Notes: generated by a model not told the origin, from the sequence alone. A stretch of 59,057 bases of DNA from an uncultured Candidatus Micrarchaeota archaeon (GCA_903892905.1 CAITKI010000066.1:1-59057); one strand, 5' to 3'; positions 40,338 through 49,908 are shown, counted from the stretch's first letter. Translations and numbers: made by a program.

Positions 40338-41096
40338 TTATTTTCCCTCATACAGCTTAGCCTGCGCCATCACGAGGTCGCGCTTCTTGGAAATCAGCGC
40401 GTAGTCGCTGTCCAGCGCCTTGATTGCATTGCAGTTGAGCGAGATGAACTCCTCTGCCGACATCTTGCCGCTGCCTCCGCTTGCCGCCTTGCCAAGCGTA
40501 TTCACTGTTTGCTTTGTGGTCATGGAATAGATTGAGGTAGTGCTTCTGGGCAGCCTGCCAAACGAGAGCGCGGTGTCGATGATGAGCTTGTCCGTGACGT
40601 CGGCAAGCGCGCTTATGCAGTTCTTCGCAGCAACCTGGCGAAGCTCGGTGGTCTGCTGCATTGCCGCGCTATAGTCGTTTGCCTGGGAAACTAGCTCCTC
40701 TTTCCTCGCATGTATCGAGTCAGAGTCGTCCACACAGCCTGATGTTGTGCATAGTTTCGGGAAGCTGTCCTCCCCAAACGCAGTCACCTGCGCGCTGCAG
40801 TCAGTGTCAAATGTCTTCACGCACTTGTCAGTTTGCGCATCGCAGCCGCGCTTCCAAAACACATTGCCCTCGCAAACGCTTGCGCAGTCAGAATCAAAGC
40901 GGCATTCGCCCTTGGGCGCGGAACCGCCCAAATCCACCAGCCCGCCGGTCGCGTTCTTCACGCCCTTCACTGCCTCTTGCTGTATCCCCTGCATGAGCGC
41001 AGCGTTGAATTCCTTCTCCTCCTGCGCAGTGCAGCCGAATGCGAAAAGCAGCAATCCCATTGCCAACGCACAAGCAACCAAAAATCGCATAGCCAC
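40338..41096 (-). CDS. secreted lipoprotein-like protein
   Basis: Signal/lipobox MAMRFLVACALAMGLLLFAFGC. Eight further Cys in the N-terminal half. Confidence 0.6.
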   Translation of the reverse strand: MAMRFLVACALAMGLLLFAFGCTAQEEKEFNAALMQGIQQEAVKGVKNATGGLVDLGGSAPKGECRFDSDCASVCEGNVFWKRGCDAQTDKCVKTFDTDCSAQVTAFGEDSFPKLCTTSGCVDDSDSIHARKEELVSQANDYSAAMQQTTELRQVAAKNCISALADVTDKLIIDTALSFGRLPRSTTSIYSMTTKQTVNTLGKAASGGSGKMSAEEFISLNCNAIKALDSDYALISKKRDLVMAQAKLYEGK

Positions 41097-41107
41097 CCCT
41101 CCAAACG

Positions 41108-41713
41108 CTACCTGCTCATCCTTTTCACAACAAGCGGCTCCACATGCAGCACCACGTTGGAAAAAACCTCATCCTTTGCTCGGCCGGCATCCACCACTGC
41201 GTACTTGTAGGCAAGGAAGCCCTCGCGCGCCTCGCGCAGGTAGTTTTCGCGCACTTTCTCCAAAAAATCAATGTCCTTCTCGAACCTGTCTGGCGTTTTC
41301 TGCGCGCGCTTCCTCTCTCCTGACACGCGCGCGGGGACATCGAGAAGGATGACAATGTCCGGCACAAGCGCGTCAATGCCCGAAAGCTGTTTCTTGAGCT
41401 GCGCAAAGCCCAGCGCCACGCCCTGGTAGGCAAGCGTGGAGTGCAGGTACCTGTCGCACACCACCACGAACCCGTCAGAAATTTCCTGCTCGATTTTGCG
41501 GCGCTCATCCACAATGTCGTCGGCAAAAACGTCCGCAAGCTTCCCAGGCGCCACTTCGCTCTTCCCAGACAGGTGCGCAAAAGCCTCCTTGGCGCGCCGC
41601 GTGGGGTACTTGTGCAGCCTGCACTTTATCCCGCTCTGCGCAAAAAAAGCAAGCAGGCGCCGAATCTGCCCGCCCTTGCCCGAGCCGTCTATCCCTTCGA
41701 ATACAATGAGCAT
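41108..41713 (-). CDS. tmk: thymidylate kinase
   Basis: P-loop IVFEGIDGSGKGGQ; DRY motif CDRYLHS. Confidence 0.9.
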   Translation of the reverse strand: MLIVFEGIDGSGKGGQIRRLLAFFAQSGIKCRLHKYPTRRAKEAFAHLSGKSEVAPGKLADVFADDIVDERRKIEQEISDGFVVVCDRYLHSTLAYQGVALGFAQLKKQLSGIDALVPDIVILLDVPARVSGERKRAQKTPDRFEKDIDFLEKVRENYLREAREGFLAYKYAVVDAGRAKDEVFSNVVLHVEPLVVKRMSR

Positions 41714-41765
41714 AATCCCCTCTTGCCAGCTAAGTTATAAATAGCCTGCTTTCCCTATTCTTCCC

Positions 41766-42818
41766 ATGGGAAAAATATTACTGACAGGCGCAACCGGAAG
41801 GCTGGGAAGCCACGTGCTAGCTGCGCTTTTGTCCCGCAAGGAAAAAGTGCGCGCCATCGTGCGCCCGGGAAGCAGCGCCAAGCTGCCGCGCGGGGTGGAG
41901 CGCTTTTCCTGGGACCTGTCTTCCGACCCGCTGCCCTACACGGCGTTTGTCGGGGTGGACAGGGCAATCCACCTGGCAGGGCTGGTGGGCGGCCAACCCG
42001 AGCGCGAGCTCATGCTCTCAAACGCGGTTGCCACGCGCAACTTCGTTTCCTCCTGCCCCCAAAAGCTTTCCAAGCTCGTGGTTGCAAGCAGCATTTCGAT
42101 TTACGGCGAATACAAGGGGCAGCTGGTGGACGAGGAATTCGAGCCGATGACGGAAAGCCCTTACGGGAAAAGCAAGCTGGCAGCGGAAGGGGAGGTGCGC
42201 GCGCACCGCCGCGGCATTCCCACCGCGCTTCTCAGGTTTGGCATGATTTACGGGCCTCTCTTCGAAGAGGGCTATTTCGACGTTTTCCGTTTCCTGAAAA
42301 AGGGCAAGATGAGGATATTTGGCGACGGGCAGAACAGGATACCTCTCGTGCACGTGGATGATGCCGTGCGCGCCGTGCTCCTTGCGCTTGATGCGCACCT
42401 GATTTCCTGCCACGAATACAACATTGTCGGCGAGGAGGCGCCAACGCAGGAAGAGCTGCTTGCCATGGCTGCAAAGTCGCTCCGCGTGCCTGCGCCTACC
42501 CGCCATTCTTCCATGCTGTTCGTGCAATCCGCCCATGCAATGGGCAGCCTGCTTTCAGAGCTTGGCATGGCGCACCCATTGCCATTTGACGCGGAAAACA
42601 TCCGCCAGCTCGCGCTTGACAGGGCGTATTCAACAAACCGCGCAAGGCGCGAGCTTGGCTACAGGGCAAAGGTTAAATTGGCTGCCGGCATCAAACAAAT
42701 GGTGCGGGAGTACAGGGCGAAAGCAAAGCCCGAGGACAGGGCGCCGCCTGCCAAGAAAGCGGGCCGCGCGAAGCTGAATGCAAAAATCAAATGGAAAGGC
42801 GTCATTTTCAGGGAGTGA
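41766..42818 (+). CDS. NAD-dependent epimerase/dehydratase (extended SDR)
   Basis: Rossmann motif ILLTGATGRLGSHV; YxxxK in SPYGKSK. Confidence 0.8.
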   Translation: MGKILLTGATGRLGSHVLAALLSRKEKVRAIVRPGSSAKLPRGVERFSWDLSSDPLPYTAFVGVDRAIHLAGLVGGQPERELMLSNAVATRNFVSSCPQKLSKLVVASSISIYGEYKGQLVDEEFEPMTESPYGKSKLAAEGEVRAHRRGIPTALLRFGMIYGPLFEEGYFDVFRFLKKGKMRIFGDGQNRIPLVHVDDAVRAVLLALDAHLISCHEYNIVGEEAPTQEELLAMAAKSLRVPAPTRHSSMLFVQSAHAMGSLLSELGMAHPLPFDAENIRQLALDRAYSTNRARRELGYRAKVKLAAGIKQMVREYRAKAKPEDRAPPAKKAGRAKLNAKIKWKGVIFRE

Positions 42819-42822
42819 TATT

Positions 42823-43590
42823 ATGGGCAAAGTCGAAAACTACATCAAGGACGGGATTGCGAAAAAGGGCGGCCTGCTCTTTGCGCTCATCGACCCTGTG
42901 GACTACAAGGCGCCCGCAGAGGCAATAGCCGCAGGCGCAGCCTCGTGCGAAGGCGGCGCGGACATCGTGCTCATCGGCGGCAGCATGGGCGCGCAGGGCG
43001 AGTTATTGGACAGTGTCACCAAGAGCATAAAGGAAAAGGTGAACGTGCCAGTGGTGCTCTTCCCGGGCAACATCTCCACGGTGACAAAATACGCCGACGC
43101 GGTCTATTTCATGTCGCTCCTCAACAGCCGCAACCCCTACTGGATAAGCCAGGCGCAGATGCTGGCCGCGCCGAGCGTGAAAAAGATGGGCCTCGAGGCG
43201 CTTCCAGTCGGCTACATCGTGATTTCCCCCGGCGGCACGGTGGGCTGGGTCGGCGATGTGAACCTGGTGCCGCGCGACAAGCCGCAAATCGCGGCCGCGC
43301 TCGCCCTTTCAGCGGAAATGACAGGCAGCAGGATTGTGCTTACGGACTGCGGCTCGAATCCCAAGGACGGGCACATGCCCCTTGAAATGGTGACTGCTGT
43401 CTCGCGCGTGCTAACTGTCCCTTACATTGCAGCAGGCGGCATACGCACGCCTGAGCAGGCAGCATCGGTGATTGCCGCCGGGGCAGGGGCAGTGCAGGTG
43501 GGCACTGCGCTTGAAAAGGGCGGGGACACCAAGAAAAAGGTCTCCGAGTTCGTGCGCGCCATCCGCGAGGCAGGCAAGAAGAAAATCTGA
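42823..43590 (+). CDS. geranylgeranylglyceryl phosphate synthase
   Basis: PcrB/GGGPS-type layout: LFALIDP, VLIGGS, YIVISPGG, PYIAAGGIRTPEQA. The ATG at 42823 follows the epimerase stop at 42818. Confidence 0.8.
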   Translation: MGKVENYIKDGIAKKGGLLFALIDPVDYKAPAEAIAAGAASCEGGADIVLIGGSMGAQGELLDSVTKSIKEKVNVPVVLFPGNISTVTKYADAVYFMSLLNSRNPYWISQAQMLAAPSVKKMGLEALPVGYIVISPGGTVGWVGDVNLVPRDKPQIAAALALSAEMTGSRIVLTDCGSNPKDGHMPLEMVTAVSRVLTVPYIAAGGIRTPEQAASVIAAGAGAVQVGTALEKGGDTKKKVSEFVRAIREAGKKKI

Positions 43591-43651
43591 CGGTTTTCAT
43601 GGCACTTGCAGCTCACACCAGCCAGCGGCACTGCGAAGGCATCGTGATTCC

Positions 43652-44251
43652 ATGGCACTCAAAATCCCACTGTCAGACCACGACACCGCTTTCGAGGCAG
43701 CGCTTGCCGCCATAAAAGCAGGCGGCATTGTCATCTACCCAACCGACACGCTTTACGGCATGGGCTGCGACGCCACCAATGCTGAGGCGGTGAAAAAGCT
43801 GCGTGCGCTCAAACAGCGCGATGCAGCAAAACCCCTGTCCATCCTGGTCTCTGACTTTGCCATGCTCTCGCGCTACTGCGCTACTACACCGGAGCAGGAA
43901 AAGATCCTGCACGCGCTGCTGCCTGGCCCCTACACATTCATCCTTCCCCTCAAGCACAAGCTTCCTGTGTCAGGCAGCATGGAAGCTGGCGTGCGCGTGC
44001 CTGAGCACGCATTCATGCGCGCAATAAGCAAGGCGGCAGGCATCCCCACCGTCACCACGAGCGCGAACCTGTCCGGCGAGAAAGATGCGGCAGAGCCATC
44101 CGGGGTTGCCAAGGAAATCGCGGAAGGGGCAGACCTGTTCATAGAAAACGGGAAATGCAAATACGCGCAGGGCAGCACGGTGATTGACCTTGTGCGCATG
44201 AAAGTCCTCAGGAAAGGCGCGGTGAGAGAGGGCGACAGGATAGAATTCTAA
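43652..44251 (+). CDS. tsaC: L-threonylcarbamoyladenylate synthase, YrdC-domain only
   Basis: IVIYPTDTLYGMGCDA, KQRDAAKPLSILV, TTSANLSGE. In-frame ATG confirmed at 43652. Confidence 0.85.
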   Translation: MALKIPLSDHDTAFEAALAAIKAGGIVIYPTDTLYGMGCDATNAEAVKKLRALKQRDAAKPLSILVSDFAMLSRYCATTPEQEKILHALLPGPYTFILPLKHKLPVSGSMEAGVRVPEHAFMRAISKAAGIPTVTTSANLSGEKDAAEPSGVAKEIAEGADLFIENGKCKYAQGSTVIDLVRMKVLRKGAVREGDRIEF

Positions 44252-44289
44252 TTAGGGGAAAAGAAAAATAAAAGAAAAAACAGGCGTGC

Positions 44290-44976
44290 TTAGAGCAGCC
44301 TGGAGAACTTGTCCTTGTTCTTCTTTGCAATCTCGGACACAGTGTCCTTCATGCCAAGGCCAATTGCAATTGCAGCGCCAAAGCCAAGCGCGATTGCGAA
44401 TGCCGAGAGCAGCACCAAGAACGACCAGACAAGCAAGGAAGGGTCGGCTGCCGGGAGCAGCATGGGCAGCGCAATGACAAGCGCGTTGTAGGCGATGAAG
44501 AGAGTCACGATCACCCCGATGCCGTTTGCAAACGGGAGCTTCTTGCTCTCCTTTATCTTGTCATTGAGGTAGTCCGCGGCCATCAGTGCGACAAGCAGTA
44601 TCACCAGCCCCTGTGCAAGGGAGGGGAGGTAGACGATTGCCTGCGCCGCAAGCATGTAGAGCATGGGCATCTGGATTATGTCTGCCGCAATGCCGAGGAA
44701 TGCCACCACCACGTATAGCTTGAGCATGATTATCGCAATGCCCGAAAGCGTGAACCCGAGGAAAGCGTCGTGCACGCCGTGCCCCTCCAGGAACTTCTCG
44801 AGCCTGACCCTCTTGAAGAATTCCTTCAGGACCGTCCCGAGCAGGTTTGCCACCCATATGCCGATGAGCATGACTACTACCAGGATACAAAAAGCAAACA
44901 CGCCTGAAAGCAGGTTTCCAATAAAGCTCACGGAGCTCGCCTGGAGCTGGTTCATCAGAGTTTCATAAGCCATCAT
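44290..44976 (-). CDS. polytopic membrane protein
   Basis: Five or six hydrophobic helices; basic C-terminal tail. Confidence 0.6.
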   Translation of the reverse strand: MMAYETLMNQLQASSVSFIGNLLSGVFAFCILVVVMLIGIWVANLLGTVLKEFFKRVRLEKFLEGHGVHDAFLGFTLSGIAIIMLKLYVVVAFLGIAADIIQMPMLYMLAAQAIVYLPSLAQGLVILLVALMAADYLNDKIKESKKLPFANGIGVIVTLFIAYNALVIALPMLLPAADPSLLVWSFLVLLSAFAIALGFGAAIAIGLGMKDTVSEIAKKNKDKFSRLL

Positions 44977-45048
44977 AAATCACCGGAAGGCAATTCTCGC
45001 GCGCGGTATTTAATGCTTTTGGCGGTGAAGATAAAACCAACATGCGCC

Positions 45049-45121
45049 GGGCCCATAGTCGATCGGCTAAGACGTCGCTCTTACACAGCGAAGACGGGGG
45101 GTTCGACTCCTCCTGGGCCCA
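45049..45121 (+). tRNA. tRNA-Val(UAC)
   Basis: GGGCCCA TA GTC..GAC G TCGCT CTTACAC AGCGA AGAC GGGGG TTCGACT CCTCC TGGGCCC A. No intron and no encoded CCA. Confidence 0.85.
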
Positions 45122-45130
45122 CTGTTTTTC

Positions 45131-45766
45131 TCATGGCGAAGCAGCCGCGCCAGGCGCGGCCACAGGCTGCGCGGGCAGGGAAAACACCGATGCATCGATT
45201 TCCCGCCCCTTCTCGTAAATTTCCAGGCCGGTCAAATACTCGGTATGTGTCAATCCCTTGCTCACATTGTAGGAATCATACGCCATCACCCCTCCAACTG
45301 CAAAGCAGAGCTTGCGGCTGCCAAGCGCGGGGATTTCCATCTGGTAGCACTTTCCGCCGGTATTGCCTATCTTGATGCTTTCCACCTGCGTTGCGCCTGT
45401 GGCGTCCGCCTCCGTGGGCACGAGCCTCGTGGCGTCAGATTGCGAAAGCATGGGGGTGATGTCGTAGCACGCGGGCGTTGAGGAAATATAGGAGCAGGAA
45501 TACGCGCGCGAGCCCACAAAGAAGAACGAAAGCGCCTTCATGCCCTGCGCCGACAGGTCATACCTCATTTTCTCTGGCGCGCGCCACACTTCCTTGGCCA
45601 TGGGCCCGCCCTCCTCCACGCTGTAGGTTGCATGGTAGGATATATCCGAAACCGGCAGCACGAAAGCCGCATTCGGGTTATACGTCTGCCCCTGGGCAGC
45701 GCCATTCTGCACGCAGCCTGCGGCAAATAGAAGCGCGCACGCAAGGGCGGCAAGGAAAAATCTCAT
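45131..45766 (-). CDS. secreted lipoprotein-like protein
   Basis: MRFFLAALACALLFAAGC lipobox. ATG confirmed at 45766. The upstream 148 codons of the ORF-track call are antisense to the DUF424 gene and judged spurious. Confidence 0.6.
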   Translation of the reverse strand: MRFFLAALACALLFAAGCVQNGAAQGQTYNPNAAFVLPVSDISYHATYSVEEGGPMAKEVWRAPEKMRYDLSAQGMKALSFFFVGSRAYSCSYISSTPACYDITPMLSQSDATRLVPTEADATGATQVESIKIGNTGGKCYQMEIPALGSRKLCFAVGGVMAYDSYNVSKGLTHTEYLTGLEIYEKGREIDASVFSLPAQPVAAPGAAASP

Positions 45767-45817
45767 GTTCCGAAATCCTCCCCTATCTTTTATTAGGCTT
45801 GCCTCCGTCTTTCTTCC

Positions 45818-46117
45818 ATGTACCTCAAGACGCATGCCTCCCCTGATGGCGAGATTGTCGCGCTTTGCGACATCGAGCTTATCGGCAAGGTGCTGGCAAG
45901 CGGCAAGGCGAGATTGGACCTGTCGGCCTACGCGCCGTTCTACCTTGGGAAAAAGGTGGATGAAAAGGAGGCGGTGGAGGCGCTTGCGCTTTCGCAGAAC
46001 GCCAACATCGTGGGCAAGCGGGCGTTGCAGGCAGCAAAGAAGGCAGGGCTTGCGGTCTCGCACGCGAAAAACATCGGCGGCGTGCCGCACCTGCAGGTCT
46101 ACAGGCTGCCGCCGTAA
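45818..46117 (+). CDS. DUF424-family protein
   Basis: MYLKTHASPDGEIVALCDIELIGK...NIVGKRA...GVPHLQVYRL matches the conserved small archaeal DUF424 pattern. Confidence 0.7.
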   Translation: MYLKTHASPDGEIVALCDIELIGKVLASGKARLDLSAYAPFYLGKKVDEKEAVEALALSQNANIVGKRALQAAKKAGLAVSHAKNIGGVPHLQVYRLPP

Positions 46118-46128
46118 AAAGGCTAGTT

Positions 46129-46440
46129 TTACAAGTGCTCCTCGGCAAGCAGCTGGCATCTTCGGAATGCCTGGTCTTCCCGTTCCATGAGCTTCACTTT
46201 CCAGGTGCAAGGCACATACCTCTTCGCACGTCGGTATAGCCCTTTGGAAATCTCGGGTGTTTTCTCAATGACTGCATTGCCATATTTCCAGTACAGGCGC
46301 GCAATCTTCTTGCCTGCCTTGTGTTCCAAGCCAAGCAGCTTCACTGTCCAAAAAATAGGCTTTCCGATTTTTGCACCCACGAGGTATACGCTCGGGTACG
46401 CATGCGTAACTTTCTTGCCTATGCTGCGGATATTCATCAT
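46129..46440 (-). CDS. hypothetical basic protein
   Basis: 103-aa ORF. TATA ttttataaa lies about 30 nt upstream. Confidence 0.4.
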   Translation of the reverse strand: MMNIRSIGKKVTHAYPSVYLVGAKIGKPIFWTVKLLGLEHKAGKKIARLYWKYGNAVIEKTPEISKGLYRRAKRYVPCTWKVKLMEREDQAFRRCQLLAEEHL

Positions 46441-46504
46441 TACACCGTTGTAAAAAGTGTAGAAAAAGGTTTATAAAAGGTCCGCCCGCTGCAAGCAAGG
46501 AAAA

Positions 46505-48169
46505 CTAGAACCTGTCTCTCTTCACATAGTGGGTATGCAGCAGCTCCTCTGCCTTTTCCGAAAGCGGCTTGCCGAGCATCTCCTTGTAGATTTGCTGCAC
46601 CACGGGGTTCTGGTGCGACATGCGGAGCTTGCTTGCGCGGTCTGCGCTGTACAGCGCCTCCGTCCTTTTCCTCAGCGTGTCCGGGTCGCGGTAAATCGGC
46701 TGCCCGCCGCCGCCAATGCAGCCGCCCGGGCATGCCATTATCTCGATGAAATGGTACTTGTCCCTCTGCTCCATGAGCTTGCGCGCGTTCGCCCCGCCGT
46801 GCGCGGCTGCAAAGCGGATTTCCTTGCCGTTGAGCACGATTTTCCCTTCCTTCACGCCTTTCATGCCGCGAATTTCATTTACCTCTATCTTCTCAAGCTC
46901 CTTGCCGGTTGCAAGGAAGTGCGCGGTGCGCAGTGCAGCCTCCATCACCCCTCCTGTTGCGCCGAATATCACGCCAGCGCCGGTTGAAATGCCAAGCGCA
47001 GGGTCGAATTCCTCGTCTGGAAGGCTGGCAAAGTCTACTTTCTTCATCTTTATGAGCCTGCCAAGCTCGCGCGTGGTGAGCACATAATCAACGCCGCTTT
47101 CCATCTCAGGGCGCGTGGACTCGAACTTCTTTGCAGTGCAGGGCATGATGGACACAACCGTGATTTTCTTCGGGTCAATGCCCGCTTTCTTAGCGTAATA
47201 CGTCTTGATGAGCATGCCCAGCATCTCATGGGGCGATTTGCAGGTGGACATGTTCCCAATGAGGTCGTGGTAGAAGAACTCCATCATCAGTATCCAGCCC
47301 GGGCAGCAGGTGGTAATCATGGGCAGCGTGCCGCCGTTTTCCAAGCGCCGCAAAAGCTCGGACGCCTCCTCCATAATGGTCATGTCCGCGCCCAGGTCAA
47401 CGTCAAACACCTTGGCAAAGCCGCAGCGGCGCAAGGCAGCAACAGTCTTTCCTGTCACCAGCGTGCCTACAGGCATGCCGAAAAGCTCGCCAAGCGCAGC
47501 CCGTATCGAAGGAGCAATCTGCACCACCACGTGCCTGCCCTTGTCATCAAGCGCAGATACCACTTCCTCAATGTGCGAGCGCTCGGATATCGCCCCCACC
47601 GGGCAGTTGAGTATGCACTGGCCGCACCTTATGCATGCAACATCGGCAAGGTGGTTCTCCCAATACGGAGTGACATGCTCGTTGTGCGCGCGGCTTGCAA
47701 AGTCTATTGCATAGACGCCTTGTATCTCTGCGCAAACTTTGACGCACCTGCCGCAGTTTATGCACTTGTTGTTGTCGCGTATCACCGCTGCGCCCAGGTC
47801 CGGCTTGTAATCCTTTATCTGCGAGAAGCGCGCATTGCCCATTCCCACTTCCTTGTAGGTCTGGCACACCTCGTAATCGTCCTCGCGCTTGCAGGAAGGC
47901 TCAGGCACCATGAGCTCCATGTTCAGCCTTCTTGCCTTCATCACGCGCTCGGAGTTTGTCACAATCTTCGCGCCCTCGCGCGGCCTTGTGGAGCACGAGG
48001 TGACGAGCTTGCCGTCCATCTCCACCAGGCACACCCTGCAGCGCGCCTCGGGCGTCATGCTGGCGTGGTAGCAAAGCGTGGGCACATTGATGCCGTTCTC
48101 GCGGCAGATGTCCAGAAGCGACTTGCCCTCCGCCGCCTCGATTTCGTTGTTGTTCAGCTTTATCTTCAT
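46505..48169 (-). CDS. hydA: [FeFe]-hydrogenase catalytic subunit
   Basis: All three H-cluster signatures are present: ITTCCPGW, IMPCTAKKFE, EIMACPGGCIGGGGQP. N-terminal 2Fe-2S ferredoxin-like domain (CYHASMTPEARCRVCLVE). Two 4Fe-4S motifs (CINCGRCVKVC; CIRCGQCILNCP). Confidence 0.9.
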   Translation of the reverse strand: MKIKLNNNEIEAAEGKSLLDICRENGINVPTLCYHASMTPEARCRVCLVEMDGKLVTSCSTRPREGAKIVTNSERVMKARRLNMELMVPEPSCKREDDYEVCQTYKEVGMGNARFSQIKDYKPDLGAAVIRDNNKCINCGRCVKVCAEIQGVYAIDFASRAHNEHVTPYWENHLADVACIRCGQCILNCPVGAISERSHIEEVVSALDDKGRHVVVQIAPSIRAALGELFGMPVGTLVTGKTVAALRRCGFAKVFDVDLGADMTIMEEASELLRRLENGGTLPMITTCCPGWILMMEFFYHDLIGNMSTCKSPHEMLGMLIKTYYAKKAGIDPKKITVVSIMPCTAKKFESTRPEMESGVDYVLTTRELGRLIKMKKVDFASLPDEEFDPALGISTGAGVIFGATGGVMEAALRTAHFLATGKELEKIEVNEIRGMKGVKEGKIVLNGKEIRFAAAHGGANARKLMEQRDKYHFIEIMACPGGCIGGGGQPIYRDPDTLRKRTEALYSADRASKLRMSHQNPVVQQIYKEMLGKPLSEKAEELLHTHYVKRDRF

Positions 48170-48213
48170 TTGATGACCCTATGTGCCGCTAATCGCAACT
48201 ACTTCCTCATCAG

Positions 48214-48234
48214 ATTGGAATCTTCGATTCCAAT
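48214..48234 (-). other. intercistronic 9-bp hairpin between hydB and hydA
   Basis: attggaatc-ttc-gattccaat, hand-verified, inside the 79-nt hydB-hydA spacer. Confidence 0.5.
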
Positions 48235-48248
48235 TCTGAAAAAGTTGT

Positions 48249-49373
48249 CTACAACTTTTTCATGAACGCGTCATAATCCTTCGGGAAATGCTGCAGGCTT
48301 GTCAGTATGTGGTTGCCGCACGTCTGCCCCAGGCCGCAAAGCGCGGTGTCCTGGATGTGGGTGGCAAGCTCGCGCATGAGCTCCAGGTCCTTCCTCACCG
48401 CCTTCCCAGTCCTCACTTTCTTGAGCAGGTTGAGCATGCGTATGGTGCCCTCCCTGCAGGGCGTGCACTTGCCGCACGACTCGTAAGTGTAGAATTTTGC
48501 AATGGAATAAGCGACGTCCACCACATTGTTCGTCTCGTCGATGAAAATGATGCTGTACGCCCCGTGCTGGCACTTCTCCATATTGATGGTCTCCGGAGTC
48601 ACGGACATGTTCTCGTCCACAGGCATTATGCCCCCGAAGCAGCCGAACGACATGGCCTTGAGCTTCTTTTCCGGGCGCGCCACATCTATTATGGTGGACA
48701 TCCTCACGCCAAGCGGGAACTCGTACACTCCGGGGTTTTTCACATTGCCCGATATCGAGAAAAGCCGAAGCGAGCTGTCCCAGTCATCAAACAGCACAGC
48801 CTGCGCAGCGCATGCAAGCGTCTCCACGTTGTTAATCACAGTGGGCTTGCCCCAGAGCCCGTGCGTGGTCGGGTTGGGCGGCTTGCACATCGCATTGCCC
48901 CTAAAGCCCATTATGGACTGCAGAAGCGCGGTTGCCTCGCCGCATATGTATGCCCCTGCCCCCCTCACAATCTCGATTGTCACGCCTTCCATCTTTGCGC
49001 GCGCAAGCACATCATCCACCTGCTCCTGCAGCCTCGGGCGGAGGTAGTCATATTCCCCCCTCAGGTAGATGAAGCACCTCTTGGCGCCCACCGCGTAAGC
49101 AGCGATAAGCATCCCTTCCACCAGCGTCTCGGCATTGTGCCGGATTATCAGCTTGTCCTTGAAAGTGCCGGGCTCTCCCTCGTCTGCGTTGCACACCACG
49201 AACCTCTCGTCGGCCGGGGCATCCCTGCACGTTTTCCACTTCTTGGCAGTGGGGTATGCCGCGCCGCCCCTGCCCTCAAGCCCCCGCTTCTCAATCAGGG
49301 CAATGGTGCCATCGGGCCCAAGCGTACGCGCCTTCTCCAGCGCCTCCAGTTTGGTCTGCCGTAATATCTGCAT
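48249..49373 (-). CDS. hydB: NuoF-like NAD(P)H/FMN-binding hydrogenase subunit, minimal form (374 aa)
   Basis: GRGGAAYPTAKKW, NADEGEPGTFKD, 4Fe-4S motif ESCGKCTPCREG...CGLGQ. No additional ferredoxin-type CxxCxxCxxxCP domain at either end. Confidence 0.9.
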   Translation of the reverse strand: MQILRQTKLEALEKARTLGPDGTIALIEKRGLEGRGGAAYPTAKKWKTCRDAPADERFVVCNADEGEPGTFKDKLIIRHNAETLVEGMLIAAYAVGAKRCFIYLRGEYDYLRPRLQEQVDDVLARAKMEGVTIEIVRGAGAYICGEATALLQSIMGFRGNAMCKPPNPTTHGLWGKPTVINNVETLACAAQAVLFDDWDSSLRLFSISGNVKNPGVYEFPLGVRMSTIIDVARPEKKLKAMSFGCFGGIMPVDENMSVTPETINMEKCQHGAYSIIFIDETNNVVDVAYSIAKFYTYESCGKCTPCREGTIRMLNLLKKVRTGKAVRKDLELMRELATHIQDTALCGLGQTCGNHILTSLQHFPKDYDAFMKKL

Positions 49374-49377
49374 GCGC

Positions 49378-49845
49378 TCACTTCTTTTTCTCCCCGGCCT
49401 GCGCCGCCTCGGTGTCGCGAAGCTTTTTCAGGATGAGCTTGAGCCTCTCCACTGTCATCTTGGTGTGCGGCTCCCCGTTTATCAGCATGGCGGGCGCCTC
49501 GTCGCAGCACCCTATGCACGACGTCTTGTAAAGGGAAAACAGCCCGTCCTTGCTCGTCTCTCCTATGCCTGCGCCGATTTCATTCTCCAGGAACTTCTCC
49601 AAGCGGACGCCGTTGTTGAGCACGCAGGAGGGCGAGCCGCAAATCTCAATCACATACTTGCCCTGCGGCTCGGTGTGGAACATGGTATAGAACTTCACCA
49701 CTCCGTAAAGCCGCGCAATGGGGATGTCCTGATCCACCGAAATCTGCTTGAGCATGTGCTCCGAGATGTAGCCGTGCCTTTCCTGCACCTCATGGAGCAT
49801 GTTCATCAAGGGGCGGGTGTCCTTCTTGCCTTTTTCCTTTGCCAT
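49378..49845 (-). CDS. hydC: NuoE-like thioredoxin-fold 2Fe-2S subunit
   Basis: CGSPSC...CIGCCDEAP cluster ligands. ATG at 49845 preferred over the GTG at 49866 on TATA spacing. Confidence 0.85.
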   Translation of the reverse strand: MAKEKGKKDTRPLMNMLHEVQERHGYISEHMLKQISVDQDIPIARLYGVVKFYTMFHTEPQGKYVIEICGSPSCVLNNGVRLEKFLENEIGAGIGETSKDGLFSLYKTSCIGCCDEAPAMLINGEPHTKMTVERLKLILKKLRDTEAAQAGEKKK

Positions 49846-49878
49846 CAACGCGAAATTCGCTCGCACAGTTTATATTTA

Positions 49879-49888
49879 TCGCCCCTGT
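49879..49888. promoter_or_regulatory. central TATA box (tttatattta) between divergent hydC and a membrane-protein gene
   Basis: 21 nt from the ATG at 49909 (plus strand) and 34 nt from the ATG at 49845 (minus strand). Confidence 0.45.
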
Positions 49889-49908
49889 ACAATTGACGAG
49901 GCGATGCA

